Notes under the pieces: model-generated | Seen by the model: the letters and a program-made list of their open reading frames with translations, nothing else | What the model was told of the DNA's origin: nothing | The model's database searches: none | Translations under genes and position numbers: made by a program | Part shown: one piece after another, positions 43,058-52,384 of the stretch | How the letters are laid out: every line of letters starts with the position of its first letter | Numbering within the stretch: position 1 is the first letter of the stretch | Source: a virus | Lineage: Duplodnaviria > Caudoviricetes | Virus record (IMG/VR): IMGVR_UViG_3300028591_000096 | Direction: 5' to 3' (one strand) | DNA length: 64,000 bases

Positions 43058-43333
43058 CAACACCCAAAGATACTGATGATGGGGATATAAAACAATCGGT
43101 AGGTTATAGACGAAACTGACCTATGTAGTCAAGTTATATGTTGTCTGGAGTGAGTGGTGATCACAAACAGAGTTACAACTATTATAAAACCTTGATGAAT
43201 AGTACAAAAGTTAGACGTGATCTGAAGGTTGTTATTCAGGAAATTCCAAGATTGAAAAACCTAATAAGTGGTGGAAGTTTTTATTCAACAGCTCAGAACA
43301 AATGAATGCAAAACTTGACGATATTGGCAATTT

Positions 43334-43407
43334 GGAGGATTAAGCTTAACTAGCTAAACTGCTAGATTTGCATTATAGTCTTATCGGATCGTACCAGATA
43401 TCTTCCA
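43334..43407 (+). tRNA. Degenerate tRNA-Ala(TGC)
   Basis: GGAGGAT/ATCTTCC acceptor, TTTGCAT loop, mismatched arms, T-loop ATCGTAC. Confidence 0.5.
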
Positions 43408-43431
43408 CAAATCAATTATAGACCGCAAAAT

Positions 43432-43553
43432 GGAAGTCATAACAGCAATATATGAAATAAGCTTTTGGAGACTGTATTGATGGTTTTGAATCAATCTCCG
43501 ACAACATTTTGTGGATAGTGTAATGGTAACACGCAGTATTATATAGACTTCTA
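43432..43553 (+). ncRNA. CAGCAA-family RNA 3 with a circularly permuted tRNA domain (YrlA-like topology)
   Basis: GGAAGTC...GACTTCT stem; inside, in order: ACTG, T-arm, closed acceptor hairpin, D-arm, CAGT. Confidence 0.7.
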
Positions 43554-43648
43554 AATAATGAGTTCTTTGAAAATATAAAAATACAAAATCTGGAATTTCC
43601 GCCTACCTAAAAATTATACTGGTTGTGGCTTTGTCCAGATTGAGTAAT

Positions 43649-43720
43649 GGAAGACATACAGCAAACTATCTTTAATCGTGTAATTAGTTTTGAATAAGTG
43701 GTGGAAATTAAAGTCTTCTG
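43649..43720 (+). ncRNA. CAGCAA-family small RNA 4
   Basis: GGAAGAC-ATA-CAGCAA ... GTCTTCT-G. Confidence 0.7.
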
Positions 43721-43732
43721 AAGATATATGAT

Positions 43733-43791
43733 GAGAGGCATACAGCAAACTTTTAGCAATGAACTTTTAATTCATGACAAGCAGCCTCTTG
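43733..43791 (+). ncRNA. CAGCAA-family small RNA 5 with a Lys(UUU)-like anticodon arm
   Basis: GAGAGGC-ATA-CAGCAA ... ATGAA-CTTTTAA-TTCAT ... GCCTCTT-G. Confidence 0.7.
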
Positions 43792-43797
43792 ATTGAT

Positions 43798-43835
43798 GGA
43801 AAACACACAGCAATTTTTAAATGTAGTGTGGTGGT
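43798..43835 (+). ncRNA. CAGCAA-family RNA 6, truncated by MITE copy C
   Basis: GGAAAAC-ACA-CAGCAA; 3' strand of the stem absent. Confidence 0.5.
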
Positions 43836-44070
43836 GTGCTTAACAGTTAAATAAATATTTAAACAAAACTTAACATTTTAGTGAAAAACAAATATGGTGC
43901 AGTACACCAGAATTTAAGCTTGTGGAGAACCAAACTGCCGAATGGCGAACCACACGAAAGTGTGTGGCTATGGATGACCCAATCAGAAATGATTCGCTAA
44001 AAAGTAGTGGTAGGTTGAAACAAGAAGTTGATAATGAACAAACAAGTTTGTTCAAGTTTTAACATACTGT
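43836..44070 (+). mobile_element. IS607-like MITE copy C (with an extra ~30-nt hairpin)
   Basis: Same ends as A/B; insertion containing CCACAC-GAAA-GTGTGTGG. Confidence 0.85.
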
Positions 44071-44107
44071 AGTTGGTCACACGTAGGTTCAAATCCTATC
44101 ACCTCAA
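44071..44107 (+). pseudogene. 3' half of a tRNA (T-arm + acceptor strand) orphaned next to MITE C
   Basis: GTAGG-TTCAAAT-CCTAT-CACCTCA. Confidence 0.55.
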
Positions 44108-44112
44108 CAAAT

Positions 44113-44187
44113 GATCTATTCGTTCAAAAGTTAGGATTCCACTCTGTCACAGTGGAGAAGAGAGGGCAGTACTCTCATAGACCGCCA
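44113..44187 (+). tRNA. tRNA-Asp(GTC), non-canonical T-loop
   Basis: CCACT-CTGTCAC-AGTGG; T-arm GAGAG-GGCAGTA-CTCTC; encoded CCA. Confidence 0.75.
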
Positions 44188-44194
44188 GTTAATA

Positions 44195-44268
44195 GACTCC
44201 GTAGCTCAGTTGGTATATGCACTTGACTTTTAATCAAGGGGTCATGGGTTCAAGTCCCATCGGTGTCA
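44195..44268 (+). tRNA. tRNA-Lys(TTT)
   Basis: CTTGA-CTTTTAA-TCAAG; T-arm ATGGG-TTCAAGT-CCCAT. Confidence 0.85.
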
Positions 44269-44393
44269 CAAGTATTCTTATGAGAGAACAAGGTGAAAGA
44301 CCAAGATTACCTCAAATTATTTAATAGAAGTTAAATAGTGGTCGAAGGAGTTAGTTTAGTTAGCGTTTTAAAACACTCATAAGAATATTATAT

Positions 44394-44467
44394 GGTGACA
44401 TTGGCCGAGTGGTTTAGGCGCAAGTTTGTGGCACTTGTTTACGTTGGCTCGAATCCAACACGTCACC
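44394..44467 (+). tRNA. tRNA-His(GTG)
   Basis: G-1:C73; CAAGT-TTGTGGC-ACTTG. Confidence 0.8.
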
Positions 44468-44881
44468 CTCTTTAAAACAATAGTATATACAAAAACGTTT
44501 AACCCGAGAATGATAGGTTGGCAAAATGCAGTAGCCGTAAAACAATAATTACTGTTTAACAATTCTGCACAGGGTTCATACTTGGAATAATAGTGATGGT
44601 TCAGCGAAATCTGAAAAGTATAAAACTATAGGTGAAAGTCCTAAAAAACGTCCTATCTATATGCTATTTATTTCCGTCTTAATGAAGTTTAAGTTGAAAT
44701 ACCGCCCTCGTTGCTTGTGCAGACATATGCCTTGAATATGTTGAAAAAATTATCGGTACACGAAAGGGAATACGGTTGACCTTTCATTTTTAAGAAATAC
44801 GGAGGTTGGGTCGCACCCAAATATCCAAAGAGTAGTTTCGGGATAAACTTTGGAGAAACAATTAAACAAATTCCCGTACAA

Positions 44882-44965
44882 GGTGGAGTGCCGGAACGGT
44901 AACGGGCCTGACTTGAAATCAGAGGCATCTTTCGGGGTGAGTGGGTTCGACTCCTACCTCCACCG
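44882..44965 (+). tRNA. tRNA-Ser(TGA)
   Basis: GGTGGAG/CTCCACC acceptor, CTTGAAA loop, long variable arm, G73. Confidence 0.9.
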
Positions 44966-44994
44966 CAAAAAATAAAGGGTTTATAACATAAATA

Positions 44995-45417
44995 ATGATA
45001 AAGATATGTGAATATTGTAAAAAAGAGTTTGAAACAACAAAATCTAATAGAAAATTTTGTTGTGTGCAATGTCAAAGTAAACAGAGACATATAGAATCAT
45101 ATAAAGATTTTATAGAAAATAATGAAAAATATTGCAAGGGCAATTATACACCTAAAAATTTTAAAAATGAGTTTATGAAAGAACAAGAAAATCACTGTGC
45201 AATATGTGGTTGTTTACCAGAACATAATGGAAAACCTTTGGTCTTTGTTCTTGACCATATCGATGGTGACGCTTCGAATAATAGAAGAGAAAATTTAAGA
45301 ATGATTTGTCCTAATTGTGATAGCCAATTAGATACATTTAAATCTAAAAATAAAAATAGCAAACGCAGAAATTATTGGAAGGAACATATAATTAAACAAG
45401 TATTAGAAGAGAATTAA
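44995..45417 (+). CDS. HNH homing endonuclease within the tRNA array
   Basis: CAICG, LDHIDGDASNNRRENLRMICPNCDSQ. Confidence 0.85.
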   Translation: MIKICEYCKKEFETTKSNRKFCCVQCQSKQRHIESYKDFIENNEKYCKGNYTPKNFKNEFMKEQENHCAICGCLPEHNGKPLVFVLDHIDGDASNNRRENLRMICPNCDSQLDTFKSKNKNSKRRNYWKEHIIKQVLEEN

Positions 45418-45514
45418 AGTTATAAATACAACCTGAATTGCTGTGTACGGGGATAAGGAGAAATGTAGTACTAAACCAAGCAGATTGACCACCTCCTATC
45501 AGTATTTATATAAT

Positions 45515-45602
45515 GGAGAGTTACCCAAGTTGGTGAAGGGGGCACATTGCTAACGTGCTAGGTCTGTAAAAGGGCGCAGGGGTTCGAGTCCCTTACTCTC
45601 CG
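45515..45602 (+). tRNA. tRNA-Ser(GCT)
   Basis: GGAGAGT/ACTCTCC acceptor, TTGCTAA loop, long variable arm. Confidence 0.9.
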
Positions 45603-45627
45603 CAGTTTTAACAATATTTATTTACAA

Positions 45628-45698
45628 TGGAGCATGGTGTAATGGCAGCACAACAGATTTTGGTTCTGTTTGTCTGAGTTCGAATCTCGGTGCTCCAA
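45628..45698 (+). tRNA. tRNA-Gln(TTG)
   Basis: TGGAGCA/TGCTCCA acceptor; ACAGA-TTTTGGT-TCTGT. Confidence 0.9.
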
Positions 45699-45885
45699 CG
45701 AATACTGCACGTAGTTTAAGGTATGGGTTTGATAACGCACATACAATTTTGTATGCGATGATTTGGAAGTAGTACTGAAATTCCTTTTCACGAAAAACTA
45801 TACTAAAAGCATTCTCAATGACTATTTGGAAGAGATTATTGCAGTTGCTCTTTAAAAAGGAAATCCATTATAGAGAATGTGCAAT

Positions 45886-45965
45886 GCTCCAATGGTGGAA
45901 TTGGTAGACACGCTTGTCTCAAAAGCAGGTCTGAAAGGGTGTAGGTTCGAGTCCTACTTGGAGTA
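45886..45965 (+). tRNA. tRNA-Leu(CAA)
   Basis: GGTGGAATTGGTAGACAC D-arm; CTCAAAA loop. Confidence 0.85.
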
Positions 45966-46079
45966 CAAAGTTGGAATTTGGTATAGGAAGGGGCATGGTA
46001 ACAACATTGTGAAACTGTGGGTTATGATACGTGATAACCTTACCCACTACCATCTTGCAAGAGTTCCAACCTTTTATAT

Positions 46080-46154
46080 GCTCTCATCATACTAATCGGT
46101 TTAGGTGGTTGCCCTCTCAAGGCAAAGATATGAGTTCGAATCTCATTGGGAGTA
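46080..46154 (+). tRNA. tRNA-Glu(CTC)
   Basis: TTGCC-CTCTCAA-GGCAA; ATGAG-TTCGAAT-CTCAT. Confidence 0.8.
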
Positions 46155-46160
46155 CAATTT

Positions 46161-46246
46161 GCTCACGTGCTGCAAATGGTAGACAGGCTTGACTAAGGAT
46201 CAAGTGTTCCGAAAGGACAATGTGGTTTCGAGTCCAAGCGGGCGCA
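46161..46246 (+). tRNA. Degenerate tRNA-Leu(AAG)
   Basis: CTTGA-CTAAGGA-TCAAG; mismatches in acceptor and T stems. Confidence 0.6.
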
Positions 46247-46329
46247 CAAATGATATAAACACAAAACAAATAATATAGGCCAAGTTCTTAGCGTTACCTT
46301 ATTAGGTTAGAGCGTTCTTCAGGCCACAT

Positions 46330-46424
46330 GGAAGTCATACTGCAAAACTTACTTTTACTTTTTATGACTTGATTGTTATGTAAATTTAGGTTTAACTGAG
46401 TACGGCATAGAACTTAGACTTCTG
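46330..46424 (+). ncRNA. CAGCAA-family RNA 7 (CTGCAA variant)
   Basis: GGAAGTC-ATA-CTGCAA ... GACTTCT-G. Confidence 0.6.
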
Positions 46425-46529
46425 TTATATTTGATTCTTTTTCAAGATATACTGATAAATTTCTAAAGAAAAAAGAATCGATTTTTTCGAAGATAAATAA
46501 ATTGCATTAAAACAAAACAATTTGGAAAA

Positions 46530-46844
46530 ATGAATGTAATTACAGAGATTTTTAATGATGCTTTTTGGTACATGGCTCCTATCCTTGTTGCATTGTCTAC
46601 AACAGTTACTGGAGTAATCAACCAGCTTTTCAAGATTACTGACAAATGGAAGCAACCTATTTCGTGGCTTGTTGGTGCAGGTCTTGCATGCGGTTCAATC
46701 GCTATGGGGTTCCTTGGTGCTGATATTCAGTGGCCAAGCTATGTAGCATTGAGTGCTGTCGTAGGTCTTTCTTCAAACGGTATCTATGATATTGAGGTTA
46801 TCCACAAGTGGATTGACAGTTGGTTTACCAAGAAAGAGAAGTAA
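46530..46844 (+). CDS. Small membrane protein, holin-like
   Basis: Three hydrophobic segments, GLSSNGIYD motif, basic C-terminus, late promoter. Confidence 0.6.
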   Translation: MNVITEIFNDAFWYMAPILVALSTTVTGVINQLFKITDKWKQPISWLVGAGLACGSIAMGFLGADIQWPSYVALSAVVGLSSNGIYDIEVIHKWIDSWFTKKEK

Positions 46845-46950
46845 TCATAAAAACAGCTTTATAAAAGGATCGATCAATACAAAAATTGGTCGATCCTTTT
46901 TTATATGTGAATTATTAGTTGTATATTTGCAACAAATAAAGTAAATAGTT

Positions 46951-47223
46951 ATGTTAACAAGAGAAGAAGCAAAGGTATATTATCTCAAGATGCTCAATAA
47001 GGAAATAGAAGAGTACGGTGAGGATTTTATTTTTGTTCGTGCACCAAAGATAGGTAAAAATAAATGGACTGTAGGAGAGTTCAAGACAGCTATTGAAAAC
47101 AACGTAAAGCCAGATGAATATGGTAATGATCCTATAGATGAACTTCTTCGTTATGATGAACATCTTAGAGAACATGGTAGGGATATTAAAGACAGTGACA
47201 GCTGGAAGGAGTTGATGTCATGA
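46951..47223 (+). CDS. Hypothetical protein
   Basis: 90-aa ORF after an early promoter. Confidence 0.65.
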   Translation: MLTREEAKVYYLKMLNKEIEEYGEDFIFVRAPKIGKNKWTVGEFKTAIENNVKPDEYGNDPIDELLRYDEHLREHGRDIKDSDSWKELMS

Positions 47224-47396
47224 ATGTATTAGATCATGTTGTGTTGAAGGTTTTGTCAAAACCATATCAGATTAATGATGCTTGATTTGTTGACGTGTTG
47301 TCTGAATGTTATGGATCTGAGATTAATGATACTGTCGTTAAATTCTCAAAAGAAGAAATAGAAGAAGTTAAACAATGATATAAATACGTAGCTTAA
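47220..47396 (+). pseudogene. Small phage gene with two in-frame TGA codons
   Basis: MNVLDHVVLKVLSKPYQINDA*FVDVLSECYG...EEVKQ*YKYVA; exactly fills the gap between neighbouring ORFs. Confidence 0.6.
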
Positions 47397-47397
47397 T

Positions 47398-47754
47398 ATG
47401 TTTGGAATCGATTATAACAATATAAAGAAAGGTGATATTGTATATATTGCTTCTGATGATAAAAGATATGGCTTACATGAATATGAAGCTGAAGTAACAT
47501 CTGTCGGAAAAAAGTATATTACAATAGAAAGATACGGACGTAAAAAACAGTTTAGTAAAGAAACTGGATATTTAAAAGACTGGTCAGAATGGAAAATGTA
47601 TCCAAGTAAAGAAGACTATAATAAAGAGAAAGAAGCGGATGAAAAGAGAATGTATATAAACCATCATATAGATGATGCTATAAGATATGGAATGACATTC
47701 GATGAGATCGATCAGATTTATAAATTAGTTAAAAACATAAAGGATGCGAAATGA
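47398..47754 (+). CDS. Hypothetical protein (SH3-like beta-barrel)
   Basis: IKKGDIVY...VTSVGKKYITI. Confidence 0.6.
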   Translation: MFGIDYNNIKKGDIVYIASDDKRYGLHEYEAEVTSVGKKYITIERYGRKKQFSKETGYLKDWSEWKMYPSKEDYNKEKEADEKRMYINHHIDDAIRYGMTFDEIDQIYKLVKNIKDAK

Positions 47755-47844
47755 TTATGATAGAAAATCAAAGAACGCATTTTATAAAATTTTAAAAATG
47801 ACAAAGTAAAAATAACAATAACAATAATTAAGAAGAATAGATAT

Positions 47845-49194
47845 ATGACACAAGAAGAAAAGGCTAAAGCATATGACGAGGTTCTTGAACAATTAAGGGC
47901 AATGATGCCTAATTGGGAGAACTTATCTTATAATGGTAAGACGTTTCTACAAGACCTTGTGCATATTATTCCTGAACTCAAAGAGAGCTATAGTGAAGAT
48001 GAGAAGATAAGAAAAGCGTTGATAGAACTTGTTAAATGCAACGAAAGAGGAGGGTATAAACTGCTTAATAATGTACATACAAGTTCTATGCTTGCTTGGC
48101 TTGAAAAGCAAGGTGAGAAGAAGTTTATTATTTCAGATGATGCTCTTAGAGAAGGAATAGCACATTTTGGAATTACTCAATACCAGATAGATAATTGGTT
48201 AAAGAAGTATGTTGATGTTGAAAAGCAAGGCTCGCAAATTCTTGCTAATTCTGCAAAAACTTGCAAGGATGAACAGAAACCTATAGATAAGGCAGAGCCA
48301 AAGTTCAAGGTGGGTGATTTGGTTGTATCGAATTTAGACGGAAATGCAAGACAAATTTCTGAAGTTCATTTTGATGAATATAATAGTTATTATGTGGTTG
48401 ATGGAGAAGATGTTAATTTAGAAGAATACGATAGACTACATCATCTTTGGACCATCAAAGATGCAAAGGATGGTGATGTGCTTGTGTGCGTTGGTGATGA
48501 AAGGCCATTTATTTTCAAAGGTTTATTAGACCCTAATCATCCTAATTGTCCTGTAGCATATTGTGGTATTGATGATGAAAATCTTTTTTGGTGTAGTTCT
48601 GGTAAAAATTGGTGGACAGACGATGATGTAAAACCAGCTACCAAAGAGCAACGTGATGCCCTAATGAAGGCAATGGCTGATGAAGGGTTGGAATTTGACT
48701 TTGAGAAGAAGAAGATTGAGAAGAAGATTGAGAAGAAGATTGAACAGAAGTCTGCTTGGAGTAAAGAGGATAAAAGAAAACTTAATTGGGTTATCAATGT
48801 TTGGAATAGACTTCGTAGAGGTGGTGATGCACAAACTACACCGAGTCAAATGGAAATGCTCGAAGATTGGCTTAAATCCCTCAAAGATAGAGTTGGTTGT
48901 GAAGCAAATTGCATAACAACCAAAGAGTGTAGTGTTGAGGACATATCTAAAATACAAAGAATATGTAAGTATTTGGACGAAGCTAAGAAATATTATGCTG
49001 ACATTACTGAAGTTAGAGAATGTATAGACTGGCTCAAATCCATTAAAGATAGATACATTTGGAAGCCGAGTGATGCGCAAATTAAGGCATTTGAACATTT
49101 TGTACGTGCTTGGGGTGAAAGTGGTACAGCTTCTCCTTATGACAACAACACTAAGTTGATTTATTCATTATTAGAACAATTAAAGAAAGTATAA
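47845..49194 (+). CDS. Modular hypothetical protein (MTQEEKAKAYDE / EPKFKVGD / WTIKDAKDGDVL / WSxED / WKPS modules)
   Basis: 449-aa ORF; paralogous to 52385-52972. Confidence 0.75.
   Translation: MTQEEKAKAYDEVLEQLRAMMPNWENLSYNGKTFLQDLVHIIPELKESYSEDEKIRKALIELVKCNERGGYKLLNNVHTSSMLAWLEKQGEKKFIISDDALREGIAHFGITQYQIDNWLKKYVDVEKQGSQILANSAKTCKDEQKPIDKAEPKFKVGDLVVSNLDGNARQISEVHFDEYNSYYVVDGEDVNLEEYDRLHHLWTIKDAKDGDVLVCVGDERPFIFKGLLDPNHPNCPVAYCGIDDENLFWCSSGKNWWTDDDVKPATKEQRDALMKAMADEGLEFDFEKKKIEKKIEKKIEQKSAWSKEDKRKLNWVINVWNRLRRGGDAQTTPSQMEMLEDWLKSLKDRVGCEANCITTKECSVEDISKIQRICKYLDEAKKYYADITEVRECIDWLKSIKDRYIWKPSDAQIKAFEHFVRAWGESGTASPYDNNTKLIYSLLEQLKKV
48707..48742 (+). repeat. 12-bp tandem repeat (AGAAGAAGATTG)x3
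   Basis: Encodes KKIE x3. Confidence 0.7.
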
Positions 49195-49198
49195 AGTT

Positions 49199-52100
49199 AT
49201 GACATATACAATCACAGAAATATACAGAGTTGTTTGTACTGACCAATATCAGTCAACTACACCAGAAACTTGTTGGACTACAGATAGACAATCTTGTAAG
49301 GAGTATATTGCAAACAGCTATTATAAACATTGTTTAAGTATTGAATCGAGTAGAATTTCAGATAAAGCAGTAAAGTTATGAAAGCACCAGAGAAGATTTA
49401 TCTATATGAGAGTGAATTGTGTGGTCGAGATTACGACGATGAGTGGTTTGACAAACCTTTAAATGAAGATAGTGTTGAGTACACTCGCACTGATGCTTTT
49501 ATCCAAAAGGCATTAGAATGGATAAGAGAAAATATAAGACCGTATTATCATGAGGTAAGATCAAAATATGAAGATTTTGAAAACTATATGAAAGGAGAGT
49601 AAGTTATGGCCAAATTCATTGAACTAACACAACACGCAGATACCATAAATGGTTTTTCGGATAGAAAAATTAGAGTCAATGTGGAACATATTGATTTCTA
49701 CTATGATAAGCGTATTGTATTTAATGATAGAGCAATAGATGTACTTGAATCTTACAATGAAATAACAAAATTATTGAAGGAGCAGTAATGAAAAAACTAA
49801 TTGATAAAGCCGCTGTAGTGGCAGAGATAGAGAAGCTATCTGCATATCTTGATAGTCTTCACGAACAAAGGATTATAGAAAAAATACTTCTTATCATAGA
49901 CACCCTTGAAGTGAAAGAGGTGGACTTAGACTTTGAGAATGAATTATACAAAGCCTTTGGTCAGGTAAAGGACTTTACGCTTGGTATGCGTATTGCCAAG
50001 CATTTCTTTGAACTTGGAATTAAAGCACAGAAAGGAGAGTAACTATGGCAACGATTAAATCATATACCGACTTGCAACAGTCAAAGAAGTTGGCAGAGAT
50101 ACTGCCGATAGAAAGCGCAGATATGGCATGGTGTAACAATTCTATAAGAGGAGTTAATTATACTGATGAATATTCTGCAAACCTTCACACAGTAAAAGAA
50201 ATGCAAGAGTGTTTTGATGAAGCACTAAACGGATGGGACAAATATTGGAAACTAATTCCTTGTTGGAGTCTTGCTGCATTACTTGATGTTATTCCAGAAG
50301 TTAACGATAACAAGCCAGCGATATTCCTTAACGACAACAGCATTATATATCCATACGTTGGCGATTTGTCTGTCAAGGCAGACAATCTTATTGATGCTTG
50401 TGTTGAAATGATTGTTAAATTACATGAACTTAAAATGTTGTGTTTATGACAAACGAAGATAAAGCAAATGAAATCGCAAAATGCGATTGTCAGAAACATT
50501 ATAAAGGCTTTGACTTGTGCAACACCTATAAGTTTCATGAGAAAAACTATTGTGGTCGTAAAGCGGCAGCACTTGAAGCAATGGAATGGAAAGATGAGCA
50601 GTTCGCAAAGGAGCGAGAAGCACTCATTGACAAGGTTTGCTAGTGGCTGAGCAAATGGGAAGACCCCTACTATGACAAGGGTTTAGTTGAGGGCTTCAAG
50701 AAAGCAATGAAAGGAGGTAACGATGAGTAGAAGAGGTTTTTTAAGCAACAAACTTTTTGTCACGATAGAAGTCCAATTTGATGACGCATGGAGTGACCTA
50801 TCGGCTGACGAGCAAGAGGAAATTGTGATGAGTAATATTGATATGATAAATACCGATGCACTCATCGCTGAATTAGAGAGTAGAGGTTTTGTCGTTAAGG
50901 AAGAAGGAGAAGAAAATAATGAGTAAGACATTCGGACAATTAAAGGTACAATGTTTATCATAGCGATACACTGACTTGCCCAGAGGGAGGCGAGCCTATA
51001 AAGATTAAGGAAATAACCAAAGAATAAAAAAATGAAAAGAAACAAAGAAATGGAGGTATAGAATGATAATAGATGGAATCATATTTAATAATAGACAAAG
51101 CGCGATTGAATATCAAAACAAACAGTTAATGCTTGCTATAATGATGCAACTCGCATTACAGAGTAATAATTACAAACATCCTTGGCATAACCATTATTTT
51201 TAAAATTGTGAGAAAAGTATTCAGAATCATCAAAAATAAATTAAGCGAAGAAGGTGAAAAGGCACCTCACGCATTGAGATACAAAATCGAGCAAAGATAC
51301 ACTTTGTTGTTTTTCATTCACTGGTGGGGAACTCCGTCTTTTGAGCCAGAACACCTATTTGAAAATGACTGTGCTGCAATGAAGAAGATAATGAAACATT
51401 ATCCTGATGCCATTGTGTATGATTACTATTCAGAAAATAAATGTAAACAATAAATAAAAAAACATGAGAAAGATTTTAACAGTTAAAGAATTGATTACCA
51501 TATTATTAGATTATAATATGGATGCACTAGTTTATACTAATGCAAATGGTGTTCCAACAGGCATATCATTTCCTAACGTATGTTATAGTGGAGGAGGCGA
51601 AGGTGAAACCAAAAAAGAATGTAAAGAAGTTATTTTTGACATACAGGAAGAAGAAAGGTTAAAATAAATATGGACGATGAAAAGAATGTGTGCCCTTATG
51701 ATGTGGGTCAATTACTTACTGCTAAAACAGTTTTAGAGTGGGCAATCAAACAAGAAGAAATAGTGCATAATAATATGCACAATCAAACAATTTTAGGTCT
51801 AATTGATGATGCTATTACGAACGAAGTTGTAAGACAAGTGAGAATAAAAAGACTTGAAGATTATACAACAGGTGAACTTGAACAAGAATTAGAATTAAGA
51901 AAGAATAAATGATGACACAAGAAGATAAAGATTTACTGCTCCGTGACCTCTGTGCGAGGATACCGTATGGGGTTAAGGGCGAATGTAAATTTGATGCATC
52001 ATATTCGTTTGATATGATATTTCGATATCATTTTTTTGATGCTGAATTAGTGGGCATTAAAAATGATGGTTTACATGTACGCCCATTGATAGAACACTTT

Positions 52101-52373
52101 GTAGGACGTGAATTTGCTAACAAAGAGGTTGCAGATGGCATTGATATTAACAACTTCAAACCATACCTTCGCCCAATGTCTTCTATGACTGAGAAAGAAG
52201 CAGAAGAATATAGAAATATTGACAATAGGTCATATTCTTGTCCAATGGTATATGCACATTTTCCTGCTTCAGAGAGAATAGATTGGCTTAATGCTCATCA
52301 TTTTGACTATCGTGGTTTAATCGAGAAAGGTCTTGCTCTGCCAGCACCAGAGGGCATGTATAATGAAAAATAG
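49199..52373 (+). other. Run of small hypothetical genes (49199-49381, 49378-49602, 49606-49788, 49788-50042, 50045-50449, 50446-50730 with internal TAG, 50723-50926, 51208-51453, 51464-51667, 51670-51912, 51909-52373)
   Basis: Tightly packed or overlapping ORFs, several with GGAG upstream of the start, unlike the core genes. Confidence 0.7.
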
Positions 52374-52384
52374 GAGGAATAACT

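Noticed and set aside
43072-43125. Hammerhead ribozyme (CTGATGA...GACGAAAC)
   Set aside because: No stem II closes between CTGATGA and GAAA, and TAGGT/ACCTA pairs across the GAAA instead.
43870-46095. Short ORFs at 43870, 44377, 44689 and 45877 (also 56138, 56268)
   Set aside because: They overlap tRNAs or the MITE and translate to non-protein-like text.
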